Shown piece by piece: positions 36,068 through 47,600 of a stretch of 64,000 nucleotides of DNA. The position numbers were made by a program, and so were the translations under genes. The notes below the pieces were generated by a model that was given only the letters and a program-made list of their open reading frames with translations, did no database searches and was not told where the DNA came from. Origin of the DNA: an uncultured virus (IMG/VR IMGVR_UViG_3300023116_006877) (Duplodnaviria > Heunggongvirae > Uroviricota > Caudoviricetes). The stretch lies in IMG/VR virus record IMGVR_UViG_3300023116_006877; one strand, given 5' to 3'. How positions within the stretch are numbered: the first letter of the stretch is position 1; each line of letters starts with the position of its first letter.

Positions 36068-36367
36068 ATGGCAAAATATAGTACAACATCACCTTATTTC
36101 GCAACACCTGAAAATAATATAAGTTTAGATTTTCTTGTTGCGAGAGCAATCACAGCCGAACAAGACGATATAGAATATACAATTGATAGAATATATGCAT
36201 ATCGTCCAGACTTGTTGGCATATGACTTATACGGTACTCCTCGACTATGGTGGGTGTTTGCTCAAAGAAATCCAGATTACATCGAAGACCCAATTTATGA
36301 TTTTGCTCCAGGAGTTACGATTCGATTGCCGAAGTTAAGCAATCTTAAAACTGACCTAGGGTTATAA
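36068..36367 (+). CDS. gp53: Baseplate wedge LysM-like protein (gp53-like)
   Basis: YRPDLLAYDLYGTPRLWWVFAQRN...DPIYDF..G.TIRLP. Confidence 0.8.
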   Translation: MAKYSTTSPYFATPENNISLDFLVARAITAEQDDIEYTIDRIYAYRPDLLAYDLYGTPRLWWVFAQRNPDYIEDPIYDFAPGVTIRLPKLSNLKTDLGL

Positions 36368-36368
36368 C

Positions 36369-38588
36369 ATGGCTAAGATAACCAAAGGAAAACCTATCAC
36401 TATAAGGGCGTCTAGGAATTACAATGCCAGAGGGAACGATGGAGAATATTTAGACGTGGAAAGTTTTTTAAAAAATTCCGCAATGGACGGGGTAACACAA
36501 AAAATTACATCACTAAACTACAACAAACAATCAGGGCAAGGCACAGAATACGAATTGCCTTCTCCTAACACGTTAAACAAATTTGCAACATACAATTACC
36601 TTTTCACTTTGTCTGCTTTATCTTCAAGTGATTTAGAAAATCCCGAAGATATTTTAACAAATTCTCCACATGATGTTATTGCTAGATCGGGTGGAATAGG
36701 GGACAAAGAATCTTTCACAGCATTTAAAACGAGCACACCCGATTCGATTAGAAACATAGATGGAAAAATTACAACAAGAAAATTTAGCGAAAGTGAAACA
36801 GAAGGGTTACTAGATAGACTCAGACAGTCGGATAATGTATTAAGAAGGGGACACGATATATTTTTTGAAAGGGTGATCATAGACAGCACAAATAGACCAA
36901 ACGAGCAAAGAAAATTAATGAACTACAATAAAATTGAAATAGAGTTAGTTGAACCCCACGGCATAACACTTTTTGAAAAATTAAAAGCGGCTTCTTGGAA
37001 TAACGGGTTTCAGGATCATATAGATGCTCCGTACCTGTTGACATTAGAATTCAAAGGCACAGATGAGTTAGGTAGAGAAATATCTATACCTGATAGCAAA
37101 AGAGTAATGCCAATAAAGATCACAAATGCACCCATGACTTTTAATAACGGAGTCACTAGTTACAATTTAACGGCTGTGCCGTGGACAGAGTTCGCCATGA
37201 CCGATAGGTTTTTATATACTAGAAGCACATACACAATAGTGGACAAAATTAAAAACTTTTTTTCGGCCGCACATCCGACGTTACAGTCAGCACTGGATCA
37301 CCTTGCAAATCAATTGACAGTGGCACAAGATGACGAAATAGAAAAACAACTTAGAGCAACAAGAGATGCATATGTTATTAAAATCGATCCACGTGTGGCC
37401 AATCCGGAAGATGGTACACCTTTAAAGAACCAAGGAAGTTCTAATTATAATATAAATCAAACAGGTGGATTCAAAGCAACAGTAAGGCCTGGTATGAGTA
37501 TAGCAAAAATTATTACCGATTTAGTAAAACAGGCCGACTACTATAAAAACATAACAGATCTTGTTTTGAGAAAATGGAAAACCACAACAAATGTTGATAC
37601 AGGAGATACCGCAGATACAGATTTCATGGTTCCTTGGTTCAAGGTCATCACAAATGTGAGAACATTAAACAATCAATTAGATTCAATAACCAAGATGCAT
37701 CCAAAAATTATAGAGTTCCACGTGGTGCCTTTCAAAGTTCATGTTATGAATTTTGTTATACCTGGAATGAGTTTGCCATTGGCAAAATTTGCGAGAGTAA
37801 AAAAAGTTTACGACTATGTATTCACAGGCAACAACACAGAAGTTTTAGATTTATCGATAGATTACAAATACGGATATTTTCAAGCAAGACTATCAAATAA
37901 TTTGCCGGGTGTGGCACAAGATAAAATGAATCTCAGCATAGGTGATAAATTTGCAAGACTGGTAGCTCAGTCTAACACACCGTATCCGGATGGCCTTTTA
38001 CCCTTGAGAAGTTATCCGTCAATACAATCTTCAGCGAAAGGTTATCAGCGTGACCTCGATGGTTCTCCGGTATTGGACGAATACTTTGAATATCTAACAA
38101 ATCCCAGAGGAGATATGGTAAACGTAAATTTAAAGATAATGGGAGATCCAGCATGGTGTGGACAAGATCATTTTTTACCAGTCAAAAGATCCGGTCTTGA
38201 TTCTTACGAAATGGTAGGTAATCTAGGCAATTATGCATGGGACGAAAAAAGACAATGTTTTAATTTTGATCAGGCAGAGGCATTAATGAATCTCAATTTT
38301 AGATTTCCAACAGATATCAATGAAATAAAAGGAGTAATGGATTTTTCCAATTTAGAAAATATACAGTTCACCGGATTATATAAAGTGCCTCGTGTTGTCA
38401 GTACTTTTGAAAAAGGCCAGTTTACTCAAGAGCTCACTTGCGTTCGTTTAAATAATCAAGGAACGGAGATCAAAGTGCCAACGAAAGCAGAATTAACGGA
38501 AGATAAAAAAACCAATAAAAATACAATTGATTACGCCCCGATAGACTTACCAAAAGACGGTGGCAACTACGGAGAGGGAGGCGCATAA
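36369..38588 (+). CDS. Baseplate hub protein (gp27-like)
   Basis: Lies between gp53 and gp5; LKIMGDP and TGLYKV..VVSTFEKGQFTQEL C-terminal hub-type motifs. Confidence 0.6.
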   Translation: MAKITKGKPITIRASRNYNARGNDGEYLDVESFLKNSAMDGVTQKITSLNYNKQSGQGTEYELPSPNTLNKFATYNYLFTLSALSSSDLENPEDILTNSPHDVIARSGGIGDKESFTAFKTSTPDSIRNIDGKITTRKFSESETEGLLDRLRQSDNVLRRGHDIFFERVIIDSTNRPNEQRKLMNYNKIEIELVEPHGITLFEKLKAASWNNGFQDHIDAPYLLTLEFKGTDELGREISIPDSKRVMPIKITNAPMTFNNGVTSYNLTAVPWTEFAMTDRFLYTRSTYTIVDKIKNFFSAAHPTLQSALDHLANQLTVAQDDEIEKQLRATRDAYVIKIDPRVANPEDGTPLKNQGSSNYNINQTGGFKATVRPGMSIAKIITDLVKQADYYKNITDLVLRKWKTTTNVDTGDTADTDFMVPWFKVITNVRTLNNQLDSITKMHPKIIEFHVVPFKVHVMNFVIPGMSLPLAKFARVKKVYDYVFTGNNTEVLDLSIDYKYGYFQARLSNNLPGVAQDKMNLSIGDKFARLVAQSNTPYPDGLLPLRSYPSIQSSAKGYQRDLDGSPVLDEYFEYLTNPRGDMVNVNLKIMGDPAWCGQDHFLPVKRSGLDSYEMVGNLGNYAWDEKRQCFNFDQAEALMNLNFRFPTDINEIKGVMDFSNLENIQFTGLYKVPRVVSTFEKGQFTQELTCVRLNNQGTEIKVPTKAELTEDKKTNKNTIDYAPIDLPKDGGNYGEGGA

Positions 38589-40725
38589 AATTATGGCATT
38601 CAATCAAGGTGATACTTCTACTCCTAATTTACACATCAACAGTACATCTTATACACAAATAAATCCAGGACCTTACATAGGTATAATAAAATCAAACGAT
38701 GATCCTTCTCGAATGGGAACTTTAAAAGTGGCTATCCCTTCATTGTCGAACACAAACAACCCTTCAACGGATCAATTATACATTGTAAAATATCTACCTC
38801 ATTTCTATGGTATAAAAAGTACAAACGGTGTTGATGCTACCGATATAACAAAATATGATTCTTCTCAACATTCTTATGGAATGTGGATGAATCCACCAGA
38901 CATCGACACAAGGGTAATGGTCATATTTGTTGAAGGAAATGTTTCTGAAGGATATTGGATAGGATGTGTTCCGGAACCTTATATGAACAATATGATTCCG
39001 GGTATTGCCGCGGACAAAACTTATGATGAAGTACAAGCAAATGAGTTATCAGGAACTCCTAGCCAAACAGGAGGATTTAATCGTATACGAGATTACGGAA
39101 CAGATGTGCTTCCTACAGGAGAAGCCAACAGGGGAGACTTTGCATCTGCATCGGCGTTGGGTATAGATAAATTAAAAAAACCAATGCATCCTTTTGCAGA
39201 TATTTTAAGGAAACAAGGACTAACACAGGATACTGTCAGGGGAACAACCACATCAACCGTCAGAAGAGAATCACCCAGCAGTGTGTTTGGTATCAGCACT
39301 CCGGGTAGAGTCAATCAGCGATCTAAAGGTAAAAAAACTCCAGTAGGTCCTTCGGACAAAAAAGAAATTAAGCAATTGGCAAGAGGACCCGGACACACTT
39401 TTGTCTTAGATGACGGAGATGTAGACGGAAACAATCAATTAGTACGATTAAGATCGGCATCAGGTCATCAATTATTAATGAACGACACGGCAGGCGTGGT
39501 ATATCTGGCCAATGCCGACGGAAGTGTATGGATGGAATTTTCTAAATCTGGTATGGTCGACATTTATGCTCAATTAGGATATAACATAAGGTCAGGCGGA
39601 AACATAAATTTTCACGCAGAGGGCGATATCAATATGTATGCCAACAACAACATCAAGATAAAAGCCAACGAAAAAACAGGTAGGTTATCGCTGGACGCTG
39701 ATGTGTTAAGGGGGATAGGTAGAAGTGCAGTGCAACTGGATTCAGACGAGGGTATTTTAACCTTGAGAGCCAAACATAGTTTATTGACACAATCAGTACA
39801 AGGAAATCAAATACATCAAGCCGCAGGAAGGGTGGATCTAGTGGGAGATCAAATACATTTTAACAGTATTGGAAAAACTGATCTAGTCCCAGGATTAACC
39901 AGAACAAGTTTTGCACAACCCACAGGCACAGGAACACAAACAGTAGGACATCAAGATGTCACTCCTAGATTTATAGGAGAGATGCACAAGATTGACAGAG
40001 AACTTACAGGACTGACTGGAATGAGAGTTCCAACTCACGAGCCATATTGGGGACATCTAGACAGGACCCCGATCTTTAGTTCTGTTGGCGGAGCATCAAC
40101 AGCCACAGGAACAGTGGGAGCATTAGAAAACGCCAATAGAAATTCTAATTTATTTTCGATAAGATTTGCACAAGCGGAAGCAGATCTAAATGCCGAAATA
40201 GAAAAAAATATAACAACACCGATCAATTCAATAGCAAATATTTTTAAAGCAGATTATTCTAAAAAAATTGGATTGCCGGATTCCATAACTGGAGTTTTCA
40301 ATGATTACAAATCTTTGGGAAAGGGTGAGATGGAATTGTTTAACAGATTAGTAGAATCAACAGGAGTCACAAACACAGGCAATATAAGACAGGTGCTCGC
40401 AACTTCTTCCGGTATAATATATGCCAAAGGAACCGAAGCCGCGGTTTCTGTTATTGACAAAGCAACAAAAGGTGCATTGGGTAAAGCACAAACAGTGATC
40501 AAATCAGCAGGTTCTGTATTGAACACAGTCAACAGTGCAATAGATTCGGTCAACCAAGTGGATACAGCAATCAAGTCAGTGAGTAAAATAACTGAAACTT
40601 ACACAAATGTTATCGGTAGCCAAGTCACCCAAGTCACACAGGTTTCTGATGTAATAAGTAATATTGGAAACAAAATTGCTTCCGTGGCGAGAAGCATAGG
40701 AGATAAATTTAAATTTAAATTTTAA
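38560..40725 (+). CDS. gp5: Baseplate central spike (gp5/VgrG-like; start may be 38593)
   Basis: DDPSRMGTLKV...PPDIDTRVMVIF..G...GYWIG OB-fold; GHTFVLDD...RLRSASGHQ beta-helix. Confidence 0.8.
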   Translation: MATTEREAHKIMAFNQGDTSTPNLHINSTSYTQINPGPYIGIIKSNDDPSRMGTLKVAIPSLSNTNNPSTDQLYIVKYLPHFYGIKSTNGVDATDITKYDSSQHSYGMWMNPPDIDTRVMVIFVEGNVSEGYWIGCVPEPYMNNMIPGIAADKTYDEVQANELSGTPSQTGGFNRIRDYGTDVLPTGEANRGDFASASALGIDKLKKPMHPFADILRKQGLTQDTVRGTTTSTVRRESPSSVFGISTPGRVNQRSKGKKTPVGPSDKKEIKQLARGPGHTFVLDDGDVDGNNQLVRLRSASGHQLLMNDTAGVVYLANADGSVWMEFSKSGMVDIYAQLGYNIRSGGNINFHAEGDINMYANNNIKIKANEKTGRLSLDADVLRGIGRSAVQLDSDEGILTLRAKHSLLTQSVQGNQIHQAAGRVDLVGDQIHFNSIGKTDLVPGLTRTSFAQPTGTGTQTVGHQDVTPRFIGEMHKIDRELTGLTGMRVPTHEPYWGHLDRTPIFSSVGGASTATGTVGALENANRNSNLFSIRFAQAEADLNAEIEKNITTPINSIANIFKADYSKKIGLPDSITGVFNDYKSLGKGEMELFNRLVESTGVTNTGNIRQVLATSSGIIYAKGTEAAVSVIDKATKGALGKAQTVIKSAGSVLNTVNSAIDSVNQVDTAIKSVSKITETYTNVIGSQVTQVTQVSDVISNIGNKIASVARSIGDKFKFKF

Positions 40726-40727
40726 AT

Positions 40728-41138
40728 ATGGCATACTCAAATAACCCATCAAACAAACAACAAAATCAAACTCTATTCAAGGGTTTTAGTTCTAAAGCAG
40801 AGCAGAGCAATTATAAATTATATGATTTTGCTTTGATCAAACAAAATCTTATGAATAGATTGTCGATCAGAAAAGGCGAGCGTGTGGAAAATCCAGAATT
40901 TGGCACAATTATATACGATATGTTGTTTGAACCTCTAACAAATGCCACAAAAGAATTGATTGCCAACGATATATCCGAAAATTTAAACGCAGATCCTAGA
41001 GTGAGCACATCCGACATAGTTGTAAGCGAAAACGGGCAAGGAATAAGTGTACAAGCAACACTAACATACATACCATATAATATTACCGAGAAATTGTCTT
41101 TTAATTTTGATCAAAATTCAACATTTAATCTTTCTTAA
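40728..41138 (+). CDS. gp25: Baseplate wedge subunit (gp25-like)
   Basis: IKQNLMN...RKGERVENPEFGTIIYDMLFEPL...DPRV. Confidence 0.9.
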   Translation: MAYSNNPSNKQQNQTLFKGFSSKAEQSNYKLYDFALIKQNLMNRLSIRKGERVENPEFGTIIYDMLFEPLTNATKELIANDISENLNADPRVSTSDIVVSENGQGISVQATLTYIPYNITEKLSFNFDQNSTFNLS

Positions 41139-41182
41139 TATACGTACATAATTAAAACAATAAATACTCGTAATATAAATGT

Positions 41183-44100
41183 ATGGCCACTACAGATAGA
41201 CAAAACAGATTACTCGTTGCGGAAGATTGGACAAAGATCTATACGGCTTTTCAACAGGCAGATTTTAAATCGTATGATTTTGAGACATTGCGTAGAACAA
41301 TGGTTTCTTATCTCAAAGAAAATTATCCAGATGATTTTAATGATTTTGTTGAATCATCGGAATATATCGCACTAATTGATTTAATTGCCTATATCGCACA
41401 GAGTTTAAGTTTTAGAGTTGACTTAAATGCTCGAGAAAACTTTCTTGAAACGGCCAGCAGAAGAAATTCAGTTTTAAGATTAGCGAGATTAATCAACTAC
41501 AATGCCAAACGAAACAAATCTGCGATTGGATTATTAAAATATACATCAGTGTCAACGACACAAGATATCAGAGACAGTGCAGGAAACAGTTTGTCTAATG
41601 TCACAGTTGGATGGAACGATGCTACCAATCCTAATTTCAAAGAACAGTTCACCGCAATATTAAGTGCAGTCAATCAGTCTTCACAAAAGTTTGGCAAACC
41701 GTTGGAATCAGATAATGTGGGAGGAATCAAAACTGAAGTTTATGTAGTTAATTCATCAAATAATGACTTACCAATTTTTACGTTTAACAGAGCAGTGAGT
41801 GGAGTAGCAAGAAATTTTGAGATTGTTCCAGCAACGATTTCAGGACAGGAAGCCATTTATGAATTTCCACCAACACCGGGAACAGGATTTAGATATGTTT
41901 ATAGAAACGATGGTGCTGGCGACAACAGTCCCAACACTGGATTTTTTTGTTTATTCAAACAGGGCTCATTGGCCAGCGAACAGTTTACAATTTCACAACC
42001 AACAACTAATTTTGTAAAAACGATTGCAACAAACAACATAAACAACGATGACGTGTGGTTATATAAATTAGATGACTTCAATCAATTGGAATCATTGTGG
42101 ACACAGATACCTTCGTTGACAGGAAACAATGTAATCTACAACAGTTTATCAAAAGATATTAGAAATATCTACAATGTCATTACAAAAAATAATGATCAGA
42201 TTGATTTAGTATTTGGTGACGGAAACTTTTCTAATATTCCATCGGGAGCATTTAGATGTTATTATAGAACATCGGACAATGCGAGATACAACATACAACC
42301 AAATGATATGGCAGACATATCTTTTTCAATTCCATATGTTGATCAGTTTGGTGCTAATCAGTTATTAACTGTGACGGCTTCGTTACAACAAAGCATTTAC
42401 AATGCATCAGCAACAGAATCGAATGATTCTATCAAACAAAAAGCATCGCAAGTTTATTATTCTCAAAACAGAATGATAACAGCAGAAGATTACAATGTTG
42501 TACCTTTATCAGTATCACAGGAAATTATAAAAGTAAAATCAGTCAACAGATCTGCATCTGGTATATCTAGAACAAAGGAAGTGATTGATCCAACGGGTGC
42601 GTACTCCAATGTGTCAACTTTTGCTGATGACGGAATAATTTATAGAGAAGAGTCCATACCACAATTTACTTTTACATTTACCAACAGGAACGAAATTTTA
42701 GATGTGATCAATAGCAAAATTGAAAGCAAATTATCTGATGCATATTCTCGACAGTTTTATTATCAAAAATATGGAACACAAGATTTATCAACATTATCGG
42801 CAAGTTGGGTATCAACAACAACCAGCACTAATACAAATACTGGATATTTTGTAGCAGGCGGTCCATTGACTGTGGGATCATTTTCAACCAGTAACTTAAA
42901 ACACGCAAAACCGGGAGCATTGATAAAATTTGTTTCACCCGACACAAGAAAATTTTTAAATGGTGTATTGGTATCGTCGACGACCGATGTAGCAGAAGAT
43001 AGGGCATGGGCAAAGATTTCGAATGTGGTGGGAGATGGTGCAAATTCCGGTCTAGGAAATTTAGAATCAGGAGTTGGACCTATAACGTTAAATGATATCA
43101 TTCCTTCGAATGCAGTTTTATCAGCAGTGATTCCTCCTTTCACAACCCTGTTACCTACAGAGTTGAAAGAAGACATACAGAATAGAATTGAAACCTACGA
43201 AGAGTTTGGATTAAGGTTCGACGAACAAGACGGAGAATGGAAAGTAATTACTTCGTCAAATTTAGGTTCATCCAACACATTCTCTTTAAACAATGCGGGC
43301 ACAAACACATTGACCAATTCAGATGATAGTTGGTGGTTTAAACTTACTAACGATGGTAACACTTATACCGTGCAGTATAGATCATTGGATTATGTTTTTG
43401 AATCGGTATCGGAAAATAAATTTCATTATGATAAAACAGATAAAATCTACGATTATGTTTCAGGACAAACAGTAAAAGATACAGTAAAAATTCTTAAAAG
43501 TAATACTGTTCCAAGTTCCGGTACAGTGATAGGTTATCCAATCAATTGGCAAGTGGTTGACACAATCACCGAATCGGATGGTTATCAAGATAATAGAAAA
43601 GTTAAGGTTGGTTTTTTTGATCAAGACGACGATGGGGTAGTTGATAATCCGGAAATTTTTGATATTATTGTGGAACCATCACAAAATGTTGCTTCCAAGT
43701 ATGTATTTTTTGAAAAATATATCAGTTATGATAATATTGAAAGATACAGACCCAAAGATGCAACCAGTTTTATTGTGACGGAAAACGAATCAAGCATAAT
43801 ATTACCTGGAAATTACGCAGACAAACAGTTATTTTATTTTTATTCCAATGACTCGATTAAACATTTCGATTCAGCAACGACATCTTTGGTAACGAACACA
43901 AATTATATTGCGAGAATTGGAAGAAGTTCTATAGAATTCCAATACAAACATTTTGTTGGACAGTCAACTAGAGTAGATCCTGCACAAACAAATATTATGG
44001 ATATCTATTTGTTGGAGAGATCGTATGATCAATTATTTAGAACATGGTTAAGAGAAGGTGGAACACAACCAAAACCTTCAACATCGGACCAATTACGAAT

Positions 44101-44656
44101 TTCTTATTCGAATTCACTTAATTCGTTGAAAGGATTATCTGATCAAATAATTTATCACCCGGTCAAATATAAAATTTTATTTGGATCACAAGCAGATGAG
44201 GCCTTCCAAGCAACATTTAAAGTGGTCAAGAATGCAAGTTCAAACATTACAAATGCCATAATCAAAACCAAAGTTATACAAGCAATCAATGAATTTTTTG
44301 CTTTAAATAATTTTGATTTTGGCGACACTTTTTATTTTACAGAATTAGCGGCTTACATACACAATCAACTCGCTCCAGATTTATTAACAGTTATCATAGT
44401 TCCAAATCAAGCAGGACAATCGTTTGGATCTTTATTTCAAATTAGCGGAGCGTCCGACGAAATTTTTATAAGCGGAGCAACAGTGGATGATGTGGTTATA
44501 ATTGATGCCATCGGAGCAAATCAAATATCAGCATCTGGAACAGTTGTCACTAGCACTACCGGAACAACCACCAGCGGTAATTCAACATCGGCAGTAACCT
44601 CAGTTACTACTTCGACCTCAGGTACTGGCAGTTCGGGTAGTGGCACAGGGTACTAA
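41183..44656 (+). CDS. gp6: Baseplate wedge subunit (gp6-like)
   Basis: YDFETLR, ENFLETASRRNSVLRLARLINY, FGDGNF, QNRMITAEDY; TAAATA at 41161. Confidence 0.85.
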   Translation: MATTDRQNRLLVAEDWTKIYTAFQQADFKSYDFETLRRTMVSYLKENYPDDFNDFVESSEYIALIDLIAYIAQSLSFRVDLNARENFLETASRRNSVLRLARLINYNAKRNKSAIGLLKYTSVSTTQDIRDSAGNSLSNVTVGWNDATNPNFKEQFTAILSAVNQSSQKFGKPLESDNVGGIKTEVYVVNSSNNDLPIFTFNRAVSGVARNFEIVPATISGQEAIYEFPPTPGTGFRYVYRNDGAGDNSPNTGFFCLFKQGSLASEQFTISQPTTNFVKTIATNNINNDDVWLYKLDDFNQLESLWTQIPSLTGNNVIYNSLSKDIRNIYNVITKNNDQIDLVFGDGNFSNIPSGAFRCYYRTSDNARYNIQPNDMADISFSIPYVDQFGANQLLTVTASLQQSIYNASATESNDSIKQKASQVYYSQNRMITAEDYNVVPLSVSQEIIKVKSVNRSASGISRTKEVIDPTGAYSNVSTFADDGIIYREESIPQFTFTFTNRNEILDVINSKIESKLSDAYSRQFYYQKYGTQDLSTLSASWVSTTTSTNTNTGYFVAGGPLTVGSFSTSNLKHAKPGALIKFVSPDTRKFLNGVLVSSTTDVAEDRAWAKISNVVGDGANSGLGNLESGVGPITLNDIIPSNAVLSAVIPPFTTLLPTELKEDIQNRIETYEEFGLRFDEQDGEWKVITSSNLGSSNTFSLNNAGTNTLTNSDDSWWFKLTNDGNTYTVQYRSLDYVFESVSENKFHYDKTDKIYDYVSGQTVKDTVKILKSNTVPSSGTVIGYPINWQVVDTITESDGYQDNRKVKVGFFDQDDDGVVDNPEIFDIIVEPSQNVASKYVFFEKYISYDNIERYRPKDATSFIVTENESSIILPGNYADKQLFYFYSNDSIKHFDSATTSLVTNTNYIARIGRSSIEFQYKHFVGQSTRVDPAQTNIMDIYLLERSYDQLFRTWLREGGTQPKPSTSDQLRISYSNSLNSLKGLSDQIIYHPVKYKILFGSQADEAFQATFKVVKNASSNITNAIIKTKVIQAINEFFALNNFDFGDTFYFTELAAYIHNQLAPDLLTVIIVPNQAGQSFGSLFQISGASDEIFISGATVDDVVIIDAIGANQISASGTVVTSTTGTTTSGNSTSAVTSVTTSTSGTGSSGSGTGY

Positions 44657-44658
44657 AG

Positions 44659-47600
44659 ATGGCAGATTCTCCAATTAATAGTGTAAAAAATTCTGAAGTT
44701 GTTGTTGACAAACAAGGCATCAGTTATAGAAGATCTATTGCTCATCTTCCAGCATTTTATAGAACAGACACAAACCATAGATTTTTATCTAGCACAGTTG
44801 ATCAATTAATACAGCCGGGAAAACTTGAAAGGCTCGACGGTTTTATCGGAAGAGATTATTCATATACCAGAGAAGCAACGGACAGTTATATAGAAGCATC
44901 AAGCAACGATAGACAAAATTATCAACTTGAACCAACAGTAACATACACAGATAAAGATACATCATCTATCAATCCAGAGGATCAAGTAAAATTTACTGGA
45001 ACATATGACGATTATATTAATCAAATAAAATATCTAGGTGGAAATACTTCAGATCATAGCAGACTAAACAGTGAGGATGTGTATGCATGGAATCCAGCAA
45101 TTGACTATGATAAACTTATCAATTACAGAGAGTATTATTGGTTGCCCGAAGGACCAAATCCAATCACAATATCAACCACCGGACCAAACGCAGTTATAGA
45201 TCTAATAGTATCTCGAAATGGAAAATCGGGTTTTGTATTTCAAAATCTTTCAAATACAGAACTAAATCCAACAATAACATTGTATAAGGGTAATACCTAT
45301 AAGTTTCATGTGGATAATCCGGGTCATCCTTTTTACATAATGACCGAACCTTTCAAGGGAGGAATCTCAGTAGACGGTAGCACTTCTCTACTTTATAACA
45401 ATGGAGTTGGAAATAACGGCATAGATGCCGGAACATTGACATTTACTATTCCTTCTAATGCACCAGATATCTTACATTATCAGTGTGGAAATCACAGTGC
45501 CATGCATGGCATTATAAAAATTCAGGCAGTAGAGGAAACAACTAAAATAGATCCGGAAAAAGAGATCATAGGTACAAAAAATTATACAACACATTCGAAT
45601 GTAAAATTATCAAATGGAATGAAAATTAAGTTTGGTAGCAATGTGATTGACACTACTTTAAAACCGTATGCCAATAGAGAATTTTATGTTGAAGGAGTAG
45701 GACAGTCTATCACACTAACAGACACCACAGACTTATTGCCAACAGGTTCTTATTCTTCTGAAGTGACAGAGTTGTATGATGAAGTTGCATATGCAGATAG
45801 ACCGTATGCGGTAAGTTTTTTTAGAGCAGAAACTCCAGATTATATAACAATCAAAAGAAGTTCCATTGACGGCAACTCGTGGTCCAGATACAACAGATGG
45901 TTCCATAAATCTGTCATAGAAGAGACGGCCACTGCATTGGGTTATACAGCATCTCTAGATCAAGATAGCAGAGCAAAAAGACCAATCATAGAGTTCGACT
46001 CGGGATTGATTTTATATAACCATGGAACCAAAGCAAAAAAATCGGTTTCGTTGGTCGACACAGTGACAACTGACGTGTTTTCAGAGATAGTTAACAAATT
46101 AGGATATGTCATCGACGGTGTAGAGATACAGGAAGGAATGAGAATACTGATAGCCAATGATAAAGATCCCTTAATTAATAACAAGATTTATAAAGTTTCA
46201 TTCGTGAAAGTACAAGGTCAAGACGTGACCAGTTTAAATTTAACCGAAGATTCAGACACAAATCCTATCGACGGTGAAGCAGTAACAGCCGAGTATGGCA
46301 GAAACCATCAAGGAAAAACATTTTTTTATAGCAGTTCAACGAAAAAATGGCAAACTGGACAAAACAAAACCAAATTAAATCAATCTCCTTTGTTTGACCT
46401 CTATGATAGTAATCATGTTTCTTTTTCGAACACAACAACATATCCCAATTCAACATTTTCTGGTGCAACATTATTTTCTTATAAAACAAGTGATTCTGCG
46501 GTGTTGGATTCTGTGCTGGGATTAAAAGTAAAATACAAAACAATTAACAATGTCGGAGACATACTTTTCACATCAGATCTAGCGACTAATAGTTTTGATT
46601 ACAATATAAACAACACAATTTACACTAAATCTTTTAAGACAGGACACACACACGTACAGAACGAATATAACAAACATCGTAGTCAAACCAATTGGAAGAA
46701 ATTAAAAGCAAAAAGTAAACAGCGTGTGGTGAGAACTTTTGTAGTGACACCGGAAGAAAAAGTTTTCTTTCCTATAGATTTTTACAAGAATAGTAATTCG
46801 TTAGTCGACCTTGAAGTCACAGTCTCAGTGAATAACAATGTTAAAAAAATAACATCTGATTTCACTTTGGTAAATGGTACAACAAACAAATATATTAAAT
46901 TCAACAATGCTTTGAATGTGAACGATATCGTGTTGGTTCATGCGTCGAGCTCAGCAAAAAAAATTGATGGAAAAGGTTTATATGAGATTCCCGAAAATAT
47001 TTCGATAAATCCACTCAACGAGCAGATATCTGATTTTACATACGGACAGATATTATATCATTTAAATGATATAAATGAAAAAAATAATGAGATCATTGGA
47101 CAAACTCCGGGATCGAGCAATCTTAGAGATCTTCCAGGTTTTAGAGCGTTGGGAGGATCGATTATCCAACACCAATCGCCTTTGCCGCAGGCTGTCTTTT
47201 CTCTCATAGACGAAAACTCAAACGCTATCAGAGCCATAGAATATTGTTCTCGAGAATATCAAAGTTTCAAAGAAAATTTTCTTACATTCAATGTTGGAAC
47301 AACATATAATCAAAATGCCGCAGATAGAGTAGATGAAATTTTAAAAGGGATGGCCGGCGAAAAAAACAATTCGTTTCCTTTCTTTTATGAGGACATGGTG
47401 GGTTATGGAGCAAATGTTTCAACAAGAACTTATACAGTCAACGATCCCACAATTGTGGATTACGCCATTGATTCTCTTTTTGATATTTCAAAAACTAGTA
47501 ATAGGGCAGTGTATCTGTATAAAAATGATACACAATTATTAGTGGGAACAGACTACACTTTCAGCACAACCGACGATAGTGTTAAAATTTTAACAACACT

